Positions 22,156-37,100 of a stretch of 64,000 nucleotides of DNA are shown here, in pieces. The stretch is from Mytilus californianus (Eukaryota): positions 77,066,001 to 77,130,000 of the forward strand of contig NW_026262723.1 in NCBI RefSeq assembly GCF_021869535.1, written 5' to 3'. The notes beneath the pieces are model-generated. The model did not search any database and was not told the origin of the DNA. It saw only the letters and a list, made by a program, of their open reading frames with translations. How positions within the stretch are numbered: position 1 is the stretch's first letter; each line of letters begins with the position of its first letter. The position numbers and the translations under genes were made by a program.

Positions 22156-25100
22156 ATGGCTGTTAAAGGAGGAATAAGCCTAATTAATTTCTTTGTATTC
22201 AATTCAGAATATGGACCAAGAGAGGGTGATGTAAGTTTATACCACATAGTATAAGATATGATCCCTTGGTTATTTTAGCATAAACATTTACCTATGGAAC
22301 TTCAGAAAGCTAGCACTGTTGTACCTATTTATTTTGCTCTACTTCATCGTCATTATAACTAATTGTTCGTTACTCACTTCTGGATAACATTTCATATTCT
22401 GCCTCAAAATCATATTTTAATATTTGGTTCGCCCAGAAATTATCTGTTGTATTCTTAAATTTGTTAAAAGTTTTTGCTGAAATAACTTCTTCGAGGAGGC
22501 TGTTCCATACACTGTACATGCTGTATGTCAACAACTTTATTGGTTAAAAAAAATACTTCCTGAGATCTAGACGACTTTGTTGTTTCTTCAGTTTCAGTGA
22601 GTGACGTCAAGTTGATTTTCTTGTGTTATGCATACATGTATCTAAATGTCTTTGGCAACTCTATTATCATATAATCCGGTCAGTAGCTTGTAGACTTCTA
22701 TCATATCACCTCACAATCAGTGGTAACAGATGTACATGATGTATCTTGCAATACACTTTTAATTTTCTATTAGCTAAGAAGCCCCAAATCAGTTATCCCT
22801 TTTTATAAAAATAGGAGATGTGTAGAATATATCAATAAGACAGGAACCCAATAACACAACAAATCCTAGAGACAAAACGTCAAAAAAGTTTCACCATGTA
22901 AAACTGTATATCAGGTTTTTTAGCGTGTTTTATTTTCGCTTTGTTCGTGGCAGCTAAAGAAACGCGAAAATTTGACCCTGCAAAAATTTCCCTGCATATT
23001 CCAAGATTTATAGCTTTTTAAAAGTTGCATACATTATACTGTTAATTATCCAGTATACAGGAAATTGATATGTAAACTCTTTTCATCCTAAAGGAGAAAT
23101 AACATTTACCAAAAAAATCAGCCTTTTGTGTTGATCAACAGATCATAAGAATGTGCATATTTTATAAAGATCTCTGTTTTCATAACAATAAGTTTGGTTA
23201 ATTATATATGTATTACCTTTTGACAACACAGCAATCTGACATGTTCCAAAATGTTAATAAGCGACGATCTATTCATTATTACTACATGTATAACCTGAAC
23301 ATGCTGCATTTAATGTAAAAATTAAATTATAATAAATCACATTTACATGGATATTTGCACAAATATGCTTTAGAAGGCTCTGTTATACCATCACAAAAAT
23401 GCTCAAAACTTTTCTCATTCCGCAATGTTTATAATTTACTTTCCTTGAAAGTACTGTGAATTATGTGCATTTCTCATATTTATTTGTAATTGATTATCTG
23501 TCATTCAATCAAATGTTTGTTGTTTACATCTTTAACAATACAATTCAGTAATTTTTTCGTGTGTATTTTCCCATTCACCAAAAATTATACACAGTGAAAA
23601 TTTAACCTGCCAATTTTGTCATCAAATTGCAAAAAAGCAGAAGCAAAAAAAAAAATATTTATGGAAACAGACAATCATGTGCATTAACAATATTCCTGTC
23701 TTGGGACAGACAAATGAACATGTGGAATGGTTTATATAAAAATTAGGAAATATGGTATGATTGCAAATGGAACAATTATCTAACATAGAGTCCAAATGAT
23801 GTAGATGTAAGCAACTTGTTTTATTATATATTATAATATTTCAATGTCCCTTTTAATCACAATAAGGGGAATTTCAAAAAGTTCAAAAAAAGAATGTACA
23901 ATAAAAAAATCAGTGCAGGAAAAGCACTGAACTCTATAATACACAGGTCTGTATAATAGATTTGAAAAAGTACATTAAAATAACTTCAATATATCATTTT
24001 TAATACATGTACATGAATGTGCTAAAGAATTAAAATTATGTAAGAAACAATGATTAATTTAATTGCAGTTAATTTTATTAATTAATATTTTCATATATAT
24101 AAAAATAGTTTAATGTGGTATATTTTGAAATCACTGCAAGACAAGGGAAGTAACTATACATACATTTTGTTTTTGAAATTCAAAGCATACATGTATGTAC
24201 ACAAATTTATATTACTTAGGGCAGTGCTAACAGATGTTAATTTACAGTATGTTTGACACCGAATCTGTTAATGGAAGCTATTCAATGGTTCAAATTAATT
24301 TTGGTTGAATTTAGATTTTCTGATAAACCGGAATTACAAATGTAGATCGATGTTTGAAAGTTGTATTTTTGTTGTAAAATTTTAAGTAAAATGGCAAGGT
24401 GCATATATTTCAAGGTAAAAGGACACAGTATGTCAGATAGAAAGGGTGGGTGCTGCTACCTGTGAAAATGGTCTAGTAGTAAAACTGAATAAAAATGTAT
24501 AAAACCATATCAAAGAAGGCTTTGCGGACTATATTAGCTTACTGTACCTTATGAGTTTTGCTCATTGCTGAAGGCTGTACAGTAACCAATTGTACATCTA
24601 CCTCATTTGGTCTCTGATGGATGGTTGTCCAAATACCAACCATACCACATCTTATTTTTCTATTGCAGTTACTGAAAGTAAAGTCAAGTCCAGTTGTACT
24701 TTACTTGCTAATATGAAACGTTGTCTTACACTGTAATACCTGTGACCATACTTTGGCATGGATTTCTTACAGCAATGTCTTTAACAATACAGGAAAACAA
24801 GATTATGTTCAGAAAAATTTTTGTACAGAATTTCAATACAGAAAAAAACCAACATTTAAGTCTTGTTTCAAACTATGAATTAGCAAATTATTCTTTAAGG
24901 CTGCACTCTACACATTTTACTTTCTCAGTTTCCCACACAAGAACTGAAAATTGACAGTTTTTTGGTGCTGAATTTACAATAAATAACATAAGCTTTGATT
25001 TAGGTAAATAGATGTATCAAAGCAATATATTCCAATTTAAATCAAGCATCAAATATAAGTGTAAATTGGATTTTCCAAAGTACTGCCTGATTCTTATCAA

Positions 25101-28100
25101 GGCAGTCAATAGAAGAACCTTTTATCCTTACACAAATACATGTACCGGTAATCAAAGGGATATCAGCACAAAAAAAGTATAACAGAACTTCAACAAACTT
25201 CAAATATCCTGGCAAACTGGAAACAGCATACATCATTGTACATATGATTATTGCAGATATATAAATTTCAGTAGGATGTCTATATCAGTTTGTCTTAGGA
25301 TAGCAGTTTTTCAACTCTTTATATGTTTTCTGTAATATTATCAGAATTTGAAATATGGATACCTTCAAACATTACTGGTAACAATCTAGTTCTTGCCAGA
25401 AAGCAATTTTTTTATCGTTATTGATTAGCAATTGGATAAAAAAAAAAATTCATTCAATACCCAAAATTGGCTTGTCATTAATCTTTTCCATGTTTTATTT
25501 TAAAATTATGACAATCTGACATTTATTGGATTAAAAATATGATATCAATAATTGCCCATCAGCCAGAACTAATTCCTTAACAGTAAAGACAGAACTTTAG
25601 AATACACTAAAATGTTTTTTCCAGGAAGAGAAAAAGATTATGTACTACTATCCAAAGAATGACCATATAGATACTAAGATCAAACAAATTGGGCTGTGTG
25701 AAGCTATCTGCAAGTTTACTGAGTAAGTATATTTTTACTACCTCTACCTCTAATTAGGTTAAAATATGATGAATTTTGTCCAGACATCAAGGTTTTGATT
25801 ATCAGATAAGAACTTTTGACCCTTATACAATATCTTAGCCAAACTTTTATGTTAATGCCCAATACGACCAATAAGTTCTCTATTGATTTTTTATGTCACT
25901 AGGTCAATGGTTAATGTCTTAGCATTATGTGATAGACTGAAATTGGGGCAAAATTCTGGTTTCCTGAACTATAACTTTATCTGAAAATGACCTTATGAAA
26001 GAACAAGACATCTTGATTGTGGGGGTCTAGATCAAGGTCTTGGTCACATTACCTATAAATAGACTGATGAAATTGGCAAAGGTTTAATTCCAGACAGTAT
26101 CTTCTAAGCCATAAAACAGATCTTTACTAATCTTTAAGTGATTATAAACCTTGGGGGAAAAAGACCCCTTTTGATTTTAGGTTACTAGTCAAGATAAAGA
26201 TCTCAGTAGCAATTAAAAGAATGAACTTGGGACAATTTTTATGCCCCTCCCGTAGTGGAGGGGGCATTAAGGTTTACCCTTGTCCATCTGTACGTCATCC
26301 TGTAATTGGTTTCCGTTCTTCAACTTTAGTTTGCCTCAACCAAATGTTATGAAACTTATGCACAAAGCTTTAATATTACTACAAAACTCAGATCCAAGTT
26401 CGAAATTGGATTGCGTCACTTTTACTTTTCTGGAGTTATGCCCTTTATAACTTTATATGCAAGCAGAGGCATCATCTGTGTTCCATGGACACATATCCTC
26501 CATTTATTTTGTGTAAGCCATTGGATAAACCCTTTTAAACCATACATCCAATCATGAACAAAATATGTTTGGTAATGTCTCCTCAGAAGAGAACAAATCT
26601 GGGTAAAGTTTTGTTTCTTGACAAAATCTTTTAAGCCAGAAATCAGATCTTTATCAAACTTACATGGATTTTAATGCTTCCTCAAGAAAGAAAGACAGTA
26701 ATTGACTTTTGAGGTCAATAAATCAATTTATATATTTAACTTTGTAAAAAAGAAAAATCTTGGGGAAGTTGGGGAGTAGTGACTGACTCCCAAAATTTTA
26801 TAGTTCAGACATAGTCTATACAATTGAATCAATAGTACAAATAAATAGTTTGAAATGGCGGAGGTATTTGATGAAAGAGAAGAAAAGTATATGCGCCCTA
26901 AAATCTATCTAATATATCTTATAATGACTGACTTGTATTATTTCTATATTTGTAGAACGTTTCCGACAGTTCATGTATCATTTTTATATTTGCAGAACGT
27001 TTTCTGATAAACCATGTCAAAGTTTACATACTCAAAAGACAAGACAAACATATTTGGAACCAGAGAAAGATTTCTGGATAATCATGGTAAAAAAGAGAAT
27101 TGTACAGTGTTAAAAAGATATTATAAAATTACTTTTTTCTGTCTGCAGATCACTAAATTTCATCTTTACCCTTTGTAACTTTGAAACTTTTTTGAAACTT
27201 TTGAAACTTTTTATTTCACTAAAGGCCTCACATGAGGCATGAAAGTACAAACAATACAATATAACAAATATAATGCATGAACAAAATTAAACATATATAC
27301 TAATGTACAGAATTATCCAGGAAGGTGAATATCACTTAAATATTGACATTACAATTTTACAGAATTTAGACAATCCAACAAGAGTGAATTTATCATTACT
27401 ATTCATTAGTTCATAGAAACTATCAACATTTTTAACTTTACATATCTCTGCAGGTAAAAACTTTTGTCTCTCAATATTGAAAAAATTGCAGTTAAATATA
27501 TAGTGAAATTCATCACCCAATTCTTCTTTATTACATAAATCACAAACTCTTTCTGACCTATCTATACTAAAAAATCTACCACATTAATGGGTAATCTATG
27601 ACTACCACATTTAAAATTTACATAAGTTGTGTCTTAAATCAAAAGGTAATACAGTTCAATATTTTTCCATGCCAAATTCAGCCTTATACATTCTGTAATT
27701 TAAACATTTAGATGAATTGAATATTTTAGTCTTCCAATTATTTACAAATAAATCATGATAATACTGTTTCACATTCTTAGATAAATTACAATACTTTCCA
27801 ACAAATTGATTATTCCAAGCATCAACATTACCACATTCAATTAAGATATCTTTTACATAATTTAACCATTTAGAATGATAAACATCACCACAATCAAGTC
27901 TATACAACATTTCGTACAGTGTATATGAATTTTTTTCTTTTTTACCCATAACAATACGTTCCCAAAAACCAATCATTCTTGCTTTAATCGACCAGACATA
28001 GGTACTCTACCATGTTCACCATATACAATGCAATTAGGTGTACATTTTTTAACTTTCATAATGTATTTACAGAATTCTAAATGCAGAGATTCAACAATAT

Positions 28101-31100
28101 CATTGTTTTCATACCCCCAAACCTCAGCACCATATAACAGAATAGGTGCAACCATAGCATCAAACAATTGTAGTAAAATAAGTTGATACATTGTAGATGT
28201 TATCTCCCCTTTTCAGCAATCTAGTGATTTTTTTTCAATATCAGCCTAATATATATAATAGCTTTATGTAAGCAAGTGAAGTTGTATTTTTTTTTTATTA
28301 TAAGTATAAAACTGAAATGTTTTGATTTTCTTTTGTCTCAGAATGTGTATAATATTCATCTGTGAATTGATATACGATGTTGATTGAAGGGTTATTGCAT
28401 GAATATTGTCCAGAATAGATTTTTATATTGAAAGGGCTTGCAAGTGAAATATATATATTCTTAGATGAATTATATTCATGCAATAACAATTTGATTGTCA
28501 TGATTGTATAGGAAAAGTTAAAAAAAAATGTTAAAAACATATTTTTGTCACTGATGATGTCACTAATTAGAAGCCAGTTAGTACCATATTTAATGTAAAA
28601 GCAAAAATTTTCTTTTAGGTTTTAATTTCAATGATTTTTTTAATGGACACTATCCACAGATTTAAAACGTAACAAAATTTAAACCTTTAAGAATATCACT
28701 TTCACATACTGTAAACGACGAAAAATTAATTCCAAAGAAATCAAATTTAGAGACAAAACTATCAAATTATAACTCCCTGAAAATTATTTATTCTGCAGTA
28801 ATTAATACATGCCTGTGATTTTATTGCAGACAGTTAGTGTACCCTATACAGAGAAGACAAAGGATGGACAACCCATAGTGGAATACAGAGAAGAAGATGT
28901 ACAAGATTGTGTGTATGAAGCTTTACTTAAACAAGCTTACAGAATGTTTCATGTATGTAGGAGTTTTAAAATTCATGGATAATCTTAATTTAACAAAAAA
29001 AAATTTCTCCCTGCTTTATATGCCCTGCAGTAGGCAATGTGGGCATAATGTGTTACCCTTGACCATCCATCTTTCCGTCCGTCCTTCCGTCTGTTTGAAA
29101 GTTCTGTTTGAAGAAGAAATACAACAAATGTATCTTAAATTTGAGCAGTGGATCTGTTTTTTCTAATTTGTGGTATTCCATAAACTTCTATCCAAAGATA
29201 ATTAATAGTACCAGGTAAACACATAGAAATTTGTAAAGGAACTGAAGAATGATTCTTTCAGAATGAAATACTAATCTTCTTTTGACTATAAAAGATGGAT
29301 ATTGTAGTATGTAAGACAGTATAACAAAAATACCGAACTCCAAGGCAAATTCAAAAAGGGGAAGTCCATAAAAACTGACAAATTTAATGTTTTGAATCAA
29401 CAAAAAAAGTGAAAAACAACTGCCATATACAAATTCAAAAAGGGGAAGTCCATAAAAACTGACAAAATTAAAGGCTACCAATCAACAGAACAAGTGAAAA
29501 ACAAGTGACATATTCCTGACTTGGTACAGACATTTTCCAAAGAAAAAGGTTGGTTAAACCTGGTTTTATAGCTAGCTAAACCTCGAAAAGTATTAGGGAT
29601 TATTATGGTAGGTTTAAAATTAGTATTTCGGATGGTAAAAGGTAAAAAAAAAAATCAGCATTATTTAATATTTAAGATAACCAAATGTGTTATTTTGATG
29701 CCAGTTGCCAAGCAATATATAACCACCAGTTTATTTATATGGTATGGCCTACAAGAAATAAGTGCCGAAACATTTTTTATTTTGCATCTTGTATGCCTAT
29801 TAATATGGATTCTAGGAAATAATTATTTCTAAGGGTTATTTGATTAAAAATAAATAGATTCGTCTGTCCTTGGAAATTGGAAGTAAATCATTGCTAATAG
29901 GAGAATGCCCAATATTTATAAAGCTATGTTTTTATTTCAGCTTTTTAATGGAACATTTGAACATATTTTAGCCAAAAACAACAAAGATGTGCAATGCCTT
30001 AAACAAAGATTAGAACATTTCTACAGTAGGGTAAGTAATGCAGTCAGATTAGGAGGAATCTTTCCATATTAACACCACCAAGTTAAATGTATAGTGTTAT
30101 CACATTTCTTGGAATTAATAAGGCATTACATGTATTACATCGCACCTGTGGAAATTCCTATGTGAAATGACATATTTTAAGAGACAGAAACATGTTTTCC
30201 ATAGGACTTTCTCAAATAACTGAATTTATTATAATCTAACATAGGCATATATCAACAGTATTTCTCCTCTTCAATATCCTTGCTAAGCATAGTACAATTG
30301 CCTCACTTTGGCTTAAAGTTTACACTACAGTGACTTTGTTTATGTTTTAAAATTAGAATAATTTCTCAGACCCCTATTGTAATTTATAACTGTATTTTAT
30401 CTCTGTGGTCTCATTGTAGCAAGCAAAAGGCTGTGGGGTCAAACAAAAGAATAATAAAGAATATGTGTCCATAGAACACCATGCTTCACTCTATTAAATT
30501 TTCATTTTCAGTTTTCTTTGAAATTACAATAAAAACCATAATTTGGCATATATAGTAAAGAGTTTACATCACAATTAATATGTGTACAAAGTTTGATGTT
30601 GAGGTTGCCACCACTTACCATAAATGTACAGGTTATTAAATTGTTTTAACCCTTTGAAAAATGACAAATAGTTGATCATATACTGTGAATTCATTTTATT
30701 TTGTGGGATACCAATTTTCATGGATTTCATAGGTATAGGTAAACAAAGAATTGTAATGTTCAACAAAGTACAAATTTTATATAGGTTTGGATGCAGACTT
30801 TGGCCAAAATCACAAAATTAAATATCCATATAAATACAATTTTTTCCTCAATCCAGGAATATTTGTGTCTTGAAAACGAATGAATCCACAGTAATATTTT
30901 TAACACCTCTCTATTTCAGTATCTACAAACATTGAAACCTCAGTTCTGTGATATACTAGATATATTTTGTGGAATTCATTTCATGCCATTAGACAAGAAC
31001 ACATTCCTTAGAGTCCAGTGTTTTATCAACCTGTTAGAAGCCAAGTTCTCAGCTGTTAAATATACTGCTTTCTTATACAACGATCAGTTAGTCTGGTAAG

Positions 31101-34100
31101 AACAACATATGAAAGAAATTAAACAACAGATATACATTTAATTTAAATTTGATACATGTATATTTAAAAAAATCAATGCAAACATACTGACCAATTCCAG
31201 GAAAAATCTGTTAAAACGATTATTATTTTAACAATTCATAATTGATTATCATATTCCTGACCAGGTACAAGCACTTTGTGATCCAAGCAGTGGGTAGAAC
31301 CAGATTTTACTGCTTGCTTTGACTCCCAGTCTTTTCTGTTCCAAATAACAGAATCATAAAATCAATGCCCCCAGTGGAGATGCCTGTATTTTCATACATC
31401 CCAGTTTTGATATTTCGTTGCTACATCTTCTTATATTGCACAGATGACCATATTTTGTGATGAAAATTGATATATCAGAAAAAATATTAATGTAACATTT
31501 CTTTTTTTCTCCAAAGTTTAAAGGCTGAGGCTGAGCTTTTACTGTTCATTGTTTTAGATCTGCATTTTTTATGCCCCCGCCGTAGCGGAGGGGGCATTAA
31601 GTTTTACCCTTGTCCGTCTGTACGTCCGTACGTACGTCCCAAAATTGGTTTCCGTTCTCTAACTTTAGTTTGCCTCAACCAAATGTTATGAAACTTATAC
31701 ACAATGCTAATTACCACAAAACACAGATCAAGTTTGAATTTTGGTGGCTTCACTTAAACTGTTCTTGAGTTATGCCCCTTTATAAATGGAAAAATTGCTG
31801 AATTTTTCGTTTCCCTTCTTTAATTTTAGTTTGCCTCAACCAAATATTATGAAACTTATACACAATGCTTATAACCACAAAACACAGATCAAGTTTGAAT
31901 TTTGGTGGCGTCACTTTTGCCGTTCTACAGTTATGCCCCTCTACAAATGGAAAAATTGCTGAATTTTTCGTTTCCATTCTCTTACTTTAGTTTGCCTTAA
32001 CCAAATGTTATGAAACTTATACACAATTCTTATTACCACAAAATGCAGATCAAGTTCGAATTTTGGTGGCGTCACTTTTGCTGTTCTAGAGTTATGCCCC
32101 TCTACAAATGGACAAATTGCTGAATTTTTTGTTTCCGTTCTCTTACTTTAGTTTGCCTCAACCAAATGTTATGAAATGTATACACAATGCTTATTACCAC
32201 AAAACTCAGATCAAGTACAAATTTGGGTAGCATCACTTTTACAGTTCTTGAGTTATATCCCTTTATAACATTATATGCAAGCGGGGGCATCATCTGTGTC
32301 CCATGGACACATTCCCCACTTTTTGTTTGTAGAATCAGTTACTGTAAACAGAAATTTTTGTGTGCACTTAGTATTATTGAGAATGTTGAACAGTAGGCAA
32401 AAATGTTATATAAATTACTGTGATTTCAGCAAAAGATTCATACAAATAATGCTGTAGAAGTTTTAAATGTGAGTTTTTATTTTTGGGAAACGTTTCCCAT
32501 CTTTTGGCTTGTTCTTTAATAAATATGATTGACTAGATTTATCATTTTCATTCAGTAGATCCAAAATATTAAAAAGTATTTTATGTACTATGCACTAAAA
32601 AAAAATTAAAAACTTTTCGATGCTACGGCTTAACATATGCTATAAACATTTTCCTATGGTTGAGCATTGACTTCTAATTGTATTTTCTGTTATTGTGTTG
32701 TTGTGTCACTGTCTCAATGACATTTTTACCTATTGTGTCTGTTTGTTTTGTTCACGCATCGTTGTCAATATAATGGAATTTGATGCGACTGTCATACAAG
32801 TGAGAGATTTAGCTAGCTATGAAACCAGGTTCAATCCACCATTTTCTACATAAGAAAATGCCTGTACCAAGTCAGGAATATGACAGTTGTTATCCATTTG
32901 TTTGATGTGTTTGATCTTTTGATTTTGCCATTTGATAAGGGACTTTCCTTTTTGAATTTTCCTCGAAGTTCAGTATTTTTGTGACTTTACTTTTTACCCA
33001 ATATCTACTTTTCTGTAATGATACATTGTGTAAAATATAAAATTTAAAATCAGCAATCTTCTATTGAATAACATGGTCAGCCTTGTGAGGTTTCATCTTT
33101 TGTTGCACAAAAAATTGTAATTGTTGTATTGCAGGAGTGGGTTAGAGCAAGAAGATATGAGGATCATGTACAAATATCTTACTACAAGTCTATTTCCAAC
33201 TCATTTAGAGCAAGAACTCTTAGGTAGTACAACAACTTCACCAGCCAGAGTTCAAGGCAGTGTCCATTATGGCAAGTAAGTAAAGCAGTCAAATGACAGA
33301 AAGTTACCTATATGAACATATGATACCAATTTCAGTATATGAGTTAATTTTAAAGTAAAATTTTAGGTATGCTTGAGACTGCAAATTTGTGACACCAAAT
33401 ATATTAAACATTTGAGAGTATCGAAAGGTTCAAAACAGAACAGCTAAAACAATTACTAAATAGCACTATGTATACTGACAGAATTTTTACTTTTTAAAAA
33501 GTAACAAAGTTTTTGGAGTTGTTTGTTATTGTGAGAGAACTTATATTTGAATGAACTCACAAACTTGATATTTTGTTTGCATGTAATTGAGACTTGTGAA
33601 TCAATACTAATATTTAGACATGAATAATTGCATTTTTTTTGCAAGAAAGGATAGATTTACAATTTTCCCAATCTAAAGTTTTTATTTTTAATCTACATAA
33701 CAAAAAAACAAGAGTTTCAGCATATATTCAAAATAAATGAGTGTAATTATGTGTAGGCATTTTTCTTATTAAAATTTCCAGGTTTATAACAGGTCCTCCA
33801 GATATAAAAGATGATCAAAATATTGGTAAAATACCTCGAGTATACTTGAATACATCAGAGGAGAATGAAGAATGTTATTTACTAGTGTACAGAGCACATA
33901 ATGCAAGTGTTTGTATGTTAATTAATGGTAAGTTTGTTGTTATTTACATTATGAAAAAATTGCTAATTGACAAATGTAAATTGAGAGCATTATATATATT
34001 TGAATAATACATTAAAAAGATAACTGGAAATACCAAACTTATTGGACAATACTGTAGACAATGCCAACCACCATCTCCTGACTCACCTGAAGAAATAGGT

Positions 34101-37100
34101 ATTCAAAGAAAGACAAACAACAACAAACAATACATTGTCCAGATTGCCTAACTTGGTACAGACACTAAATGTGGTGGGGTTAAAAATAAGTTTGATATGT
34201 GTATTAACCTCTCTCTTTGCCTCTCTAGACCATATGTTGTAAAATTAAAACACAATGAAAAATATGCAGTTCAGCGACCAACAGAATGACTACAAACTAC
34301 ATTTTAGATATTTGCGATAAGTCATTTATTTTAGGTATTTGTTAGGTCAGTATTAATGTGTTTCAATTTGAGGCTGAATAAGAATTTGATATTTTGTAAA
34401 GTTCCAAAATGATTGTAATTTTCTGATAAGGCCCATTTAGACAAAAATTCATAAACACGTTATTGCACAATGCTTTGACAGTTGGGACGGCCACAAAGTG
34501 GTTGGGCCATATAGTTTTACCCTTGTCCATCCTGTCATTCTGTCATTCCCCCATTCCATCAGAATCCACAATGAACAGTTATACAGACAAAATGTCGGGG
34601 GCATATTAATTTACCACTGTCCGTCTGTCCGTCCGTCCGTTCGGTATTAGGATTATTGTTTGTCCAGCTATCTCCTCCTACAGTTTTGGTTGTACAGCTT
34701 TAATATTTGTAGGATGTTCAAACACATAATGGAGGTGTGCATGGCCACAGGATTTTGATTTCTTTTAAATATTCTAAAAATGACAGGTTGTTGGACTTAA
34801 TCATTTTTTTGGTACTAGCTGCATAAAGAGATCATGGTTTGTCTGGCTATCTCCTCCTACAGTTTATGAGATACAGCTTTAATATTTTGTAGGATGTTCA
34901 TACACATAATGGAGGTGTGCATGGCCACAGGATTTTGATTTCTTTTAAATATTCTGAAAATGACAGGTTGTTGGACTTAATCATTTTTTTGATACTAGCT
35001 GCATAAAGAGATCATGGTTTGTCCAGCTATCTCCTCCTATAGTTTTGGAGGTACAGCTTTAATATTTGTAGGATGTTCATACACATAATGGAGGTGTGCA
35101 TGGCCACAGGATTTTGATTTCTTTTAAATATTTTGAAAATGACAGGTAGTCGGACTTAGTCATTTTTTTGGTACAAGCTGCATAAAGAGATCATGGTTTG
35201 TTCGTCTATCTCCTCCTACAGTTTTGGAGATACAGCTTTAATATTTTGTAGGATGTTCATACACATAATGGAGGTGTGCATGGCCACAGGATTTTGATTT
35301 TTTTTTTCAAATATTCTGAAAATGACAGTTAGTTGGACTTTTTGTCATTTTTTTGGTACTAGCTGCATAAAGAGATCATGGTTTGTCCGGCTATCTCCTC
35401 CTACAGTTACATCATCATACATAGTGTTAAATTTATAATTTATAATTTCCTATGGTCAGGTGGGGGCATCATTTGTGTCTTACAGACAGCATAACAATTT
35501 CAAGTTGTATGCCAACATCACTGTTTGTCAAATCTAAAATATGTGGAACTATACTCATGCATATGGCAGAGCAGAAAGAGGGGGGGGGGGGGCATTGTCC
35601 ATATTTAGTTTTCTAAATTCCTCCACATATTGAGCTGATTTTTAGTATGTGAGTCTACTATGATGAGTTACAGATTCAGTTAAGGTTTGGTTCTGATCCG
35701 CTGATATTTGTCGAAATTATTGGTTTTGGAATTTGAAAATTTTGTGGAATAACAGTTTTCCTTCTCAAATTTCCACTCCTAGAAATGGCTTCCAAGCTTT
35801 TTGTGTCATTCAAACACATCTAGCTTTTTTTACTTTTGAACAGGTGAGACAATGCATGAAACAATCTGTTTCATCTTAAAATTCTAACTTTAAAGCAGAT
35901 AAGTTAATTCTGTAAATAAATTATCAACTTGTATTCCCCATGTTCCATATCAATTCTAGTGTGACTAGACTGATATAACTGAGATCATATATGAAATGTT
36001 ATCAGTGATGTATAGAGTTTAGTAACTAAGTCAACCAAATAACACCAATATGATGATGTTCATTTTTAGTAATATTGTATCATATTGAACATTTAACTTT
36101 ATATTTTATGTTTTGAATTAGTTTCAACGACATTGAATTTTGACCTCTGTCAGAAGTTAGATGTTTTCTTAGGACCACAGTTAACAAATTTGGCATCAGA
36201 CATTGGTGAACAGTACTCTAAGCGACTATCTGTCAGGTATAATTTTCAAATTAGTTATACAAATTATAATTATATTTTAAGATTTTAATACTGAAAGGAA
36301 TGAGATATAGGAGAAATACATTTGGGAATTTTCTGGATAATATGTGTGTATGCACCATTCTAAATGTGTACACATCATGGAAAGTGTGCATAGATAAGAA
36401 AACATATTAAGAAGGGTTATCATTTTAAATGATATCTTTAAAAAAAAAAAATTTTATTTACAACAATTAAAACATATACTTGACTTACATACAATACAAT
36501 ACATGTAAGATATAAATATCATTTTTGTCCCCAGCGCAACAGGTTGCGGGGGACATGGGGGGACATAGAAATATCTGCCGTCTGTCCTTCAATTTGTCCG
36601 TCCAGTCTTGTTAGCGCTCTCACGAACTTATATCCTATACTTATATCAGCAATGAATTGGACCATTTCGAAAATCAGTGCGGATCAAATATGTTTAAAAG
36701 AGTTATGCCCCTTGGAAACATTAAATATATGGAAAATTGCATCATTAGCGCTCTCATTCGTATAATTCTCGCCTGATTTTTATGAAACTTATATCAGCAA
36801 TGTCTTTAACAAGTTGGAAAATCAGTGACGATCAATTTTTTTTAAAAGAATTATGCCCCTTTGAAATGTTGATTATATGGAAAATTGCATTGTTAGCGCT
36901 CTCATGTGTACAGTTCTTGCCATAATTTTATGAAACTTATATCATAAGTTTATATCAGTAATGTCTTGGACATTTTCGAAAATAAGTGCTCGTCAAATAT
37001 TTTTAACGAGTTATGCCCCTTGGAAATATTAATTATATTGGAAATCGCATTGCATTTGCTCTGAAGCCTTCATTTCTCTTAAGATATTAATAAAAAGCTT

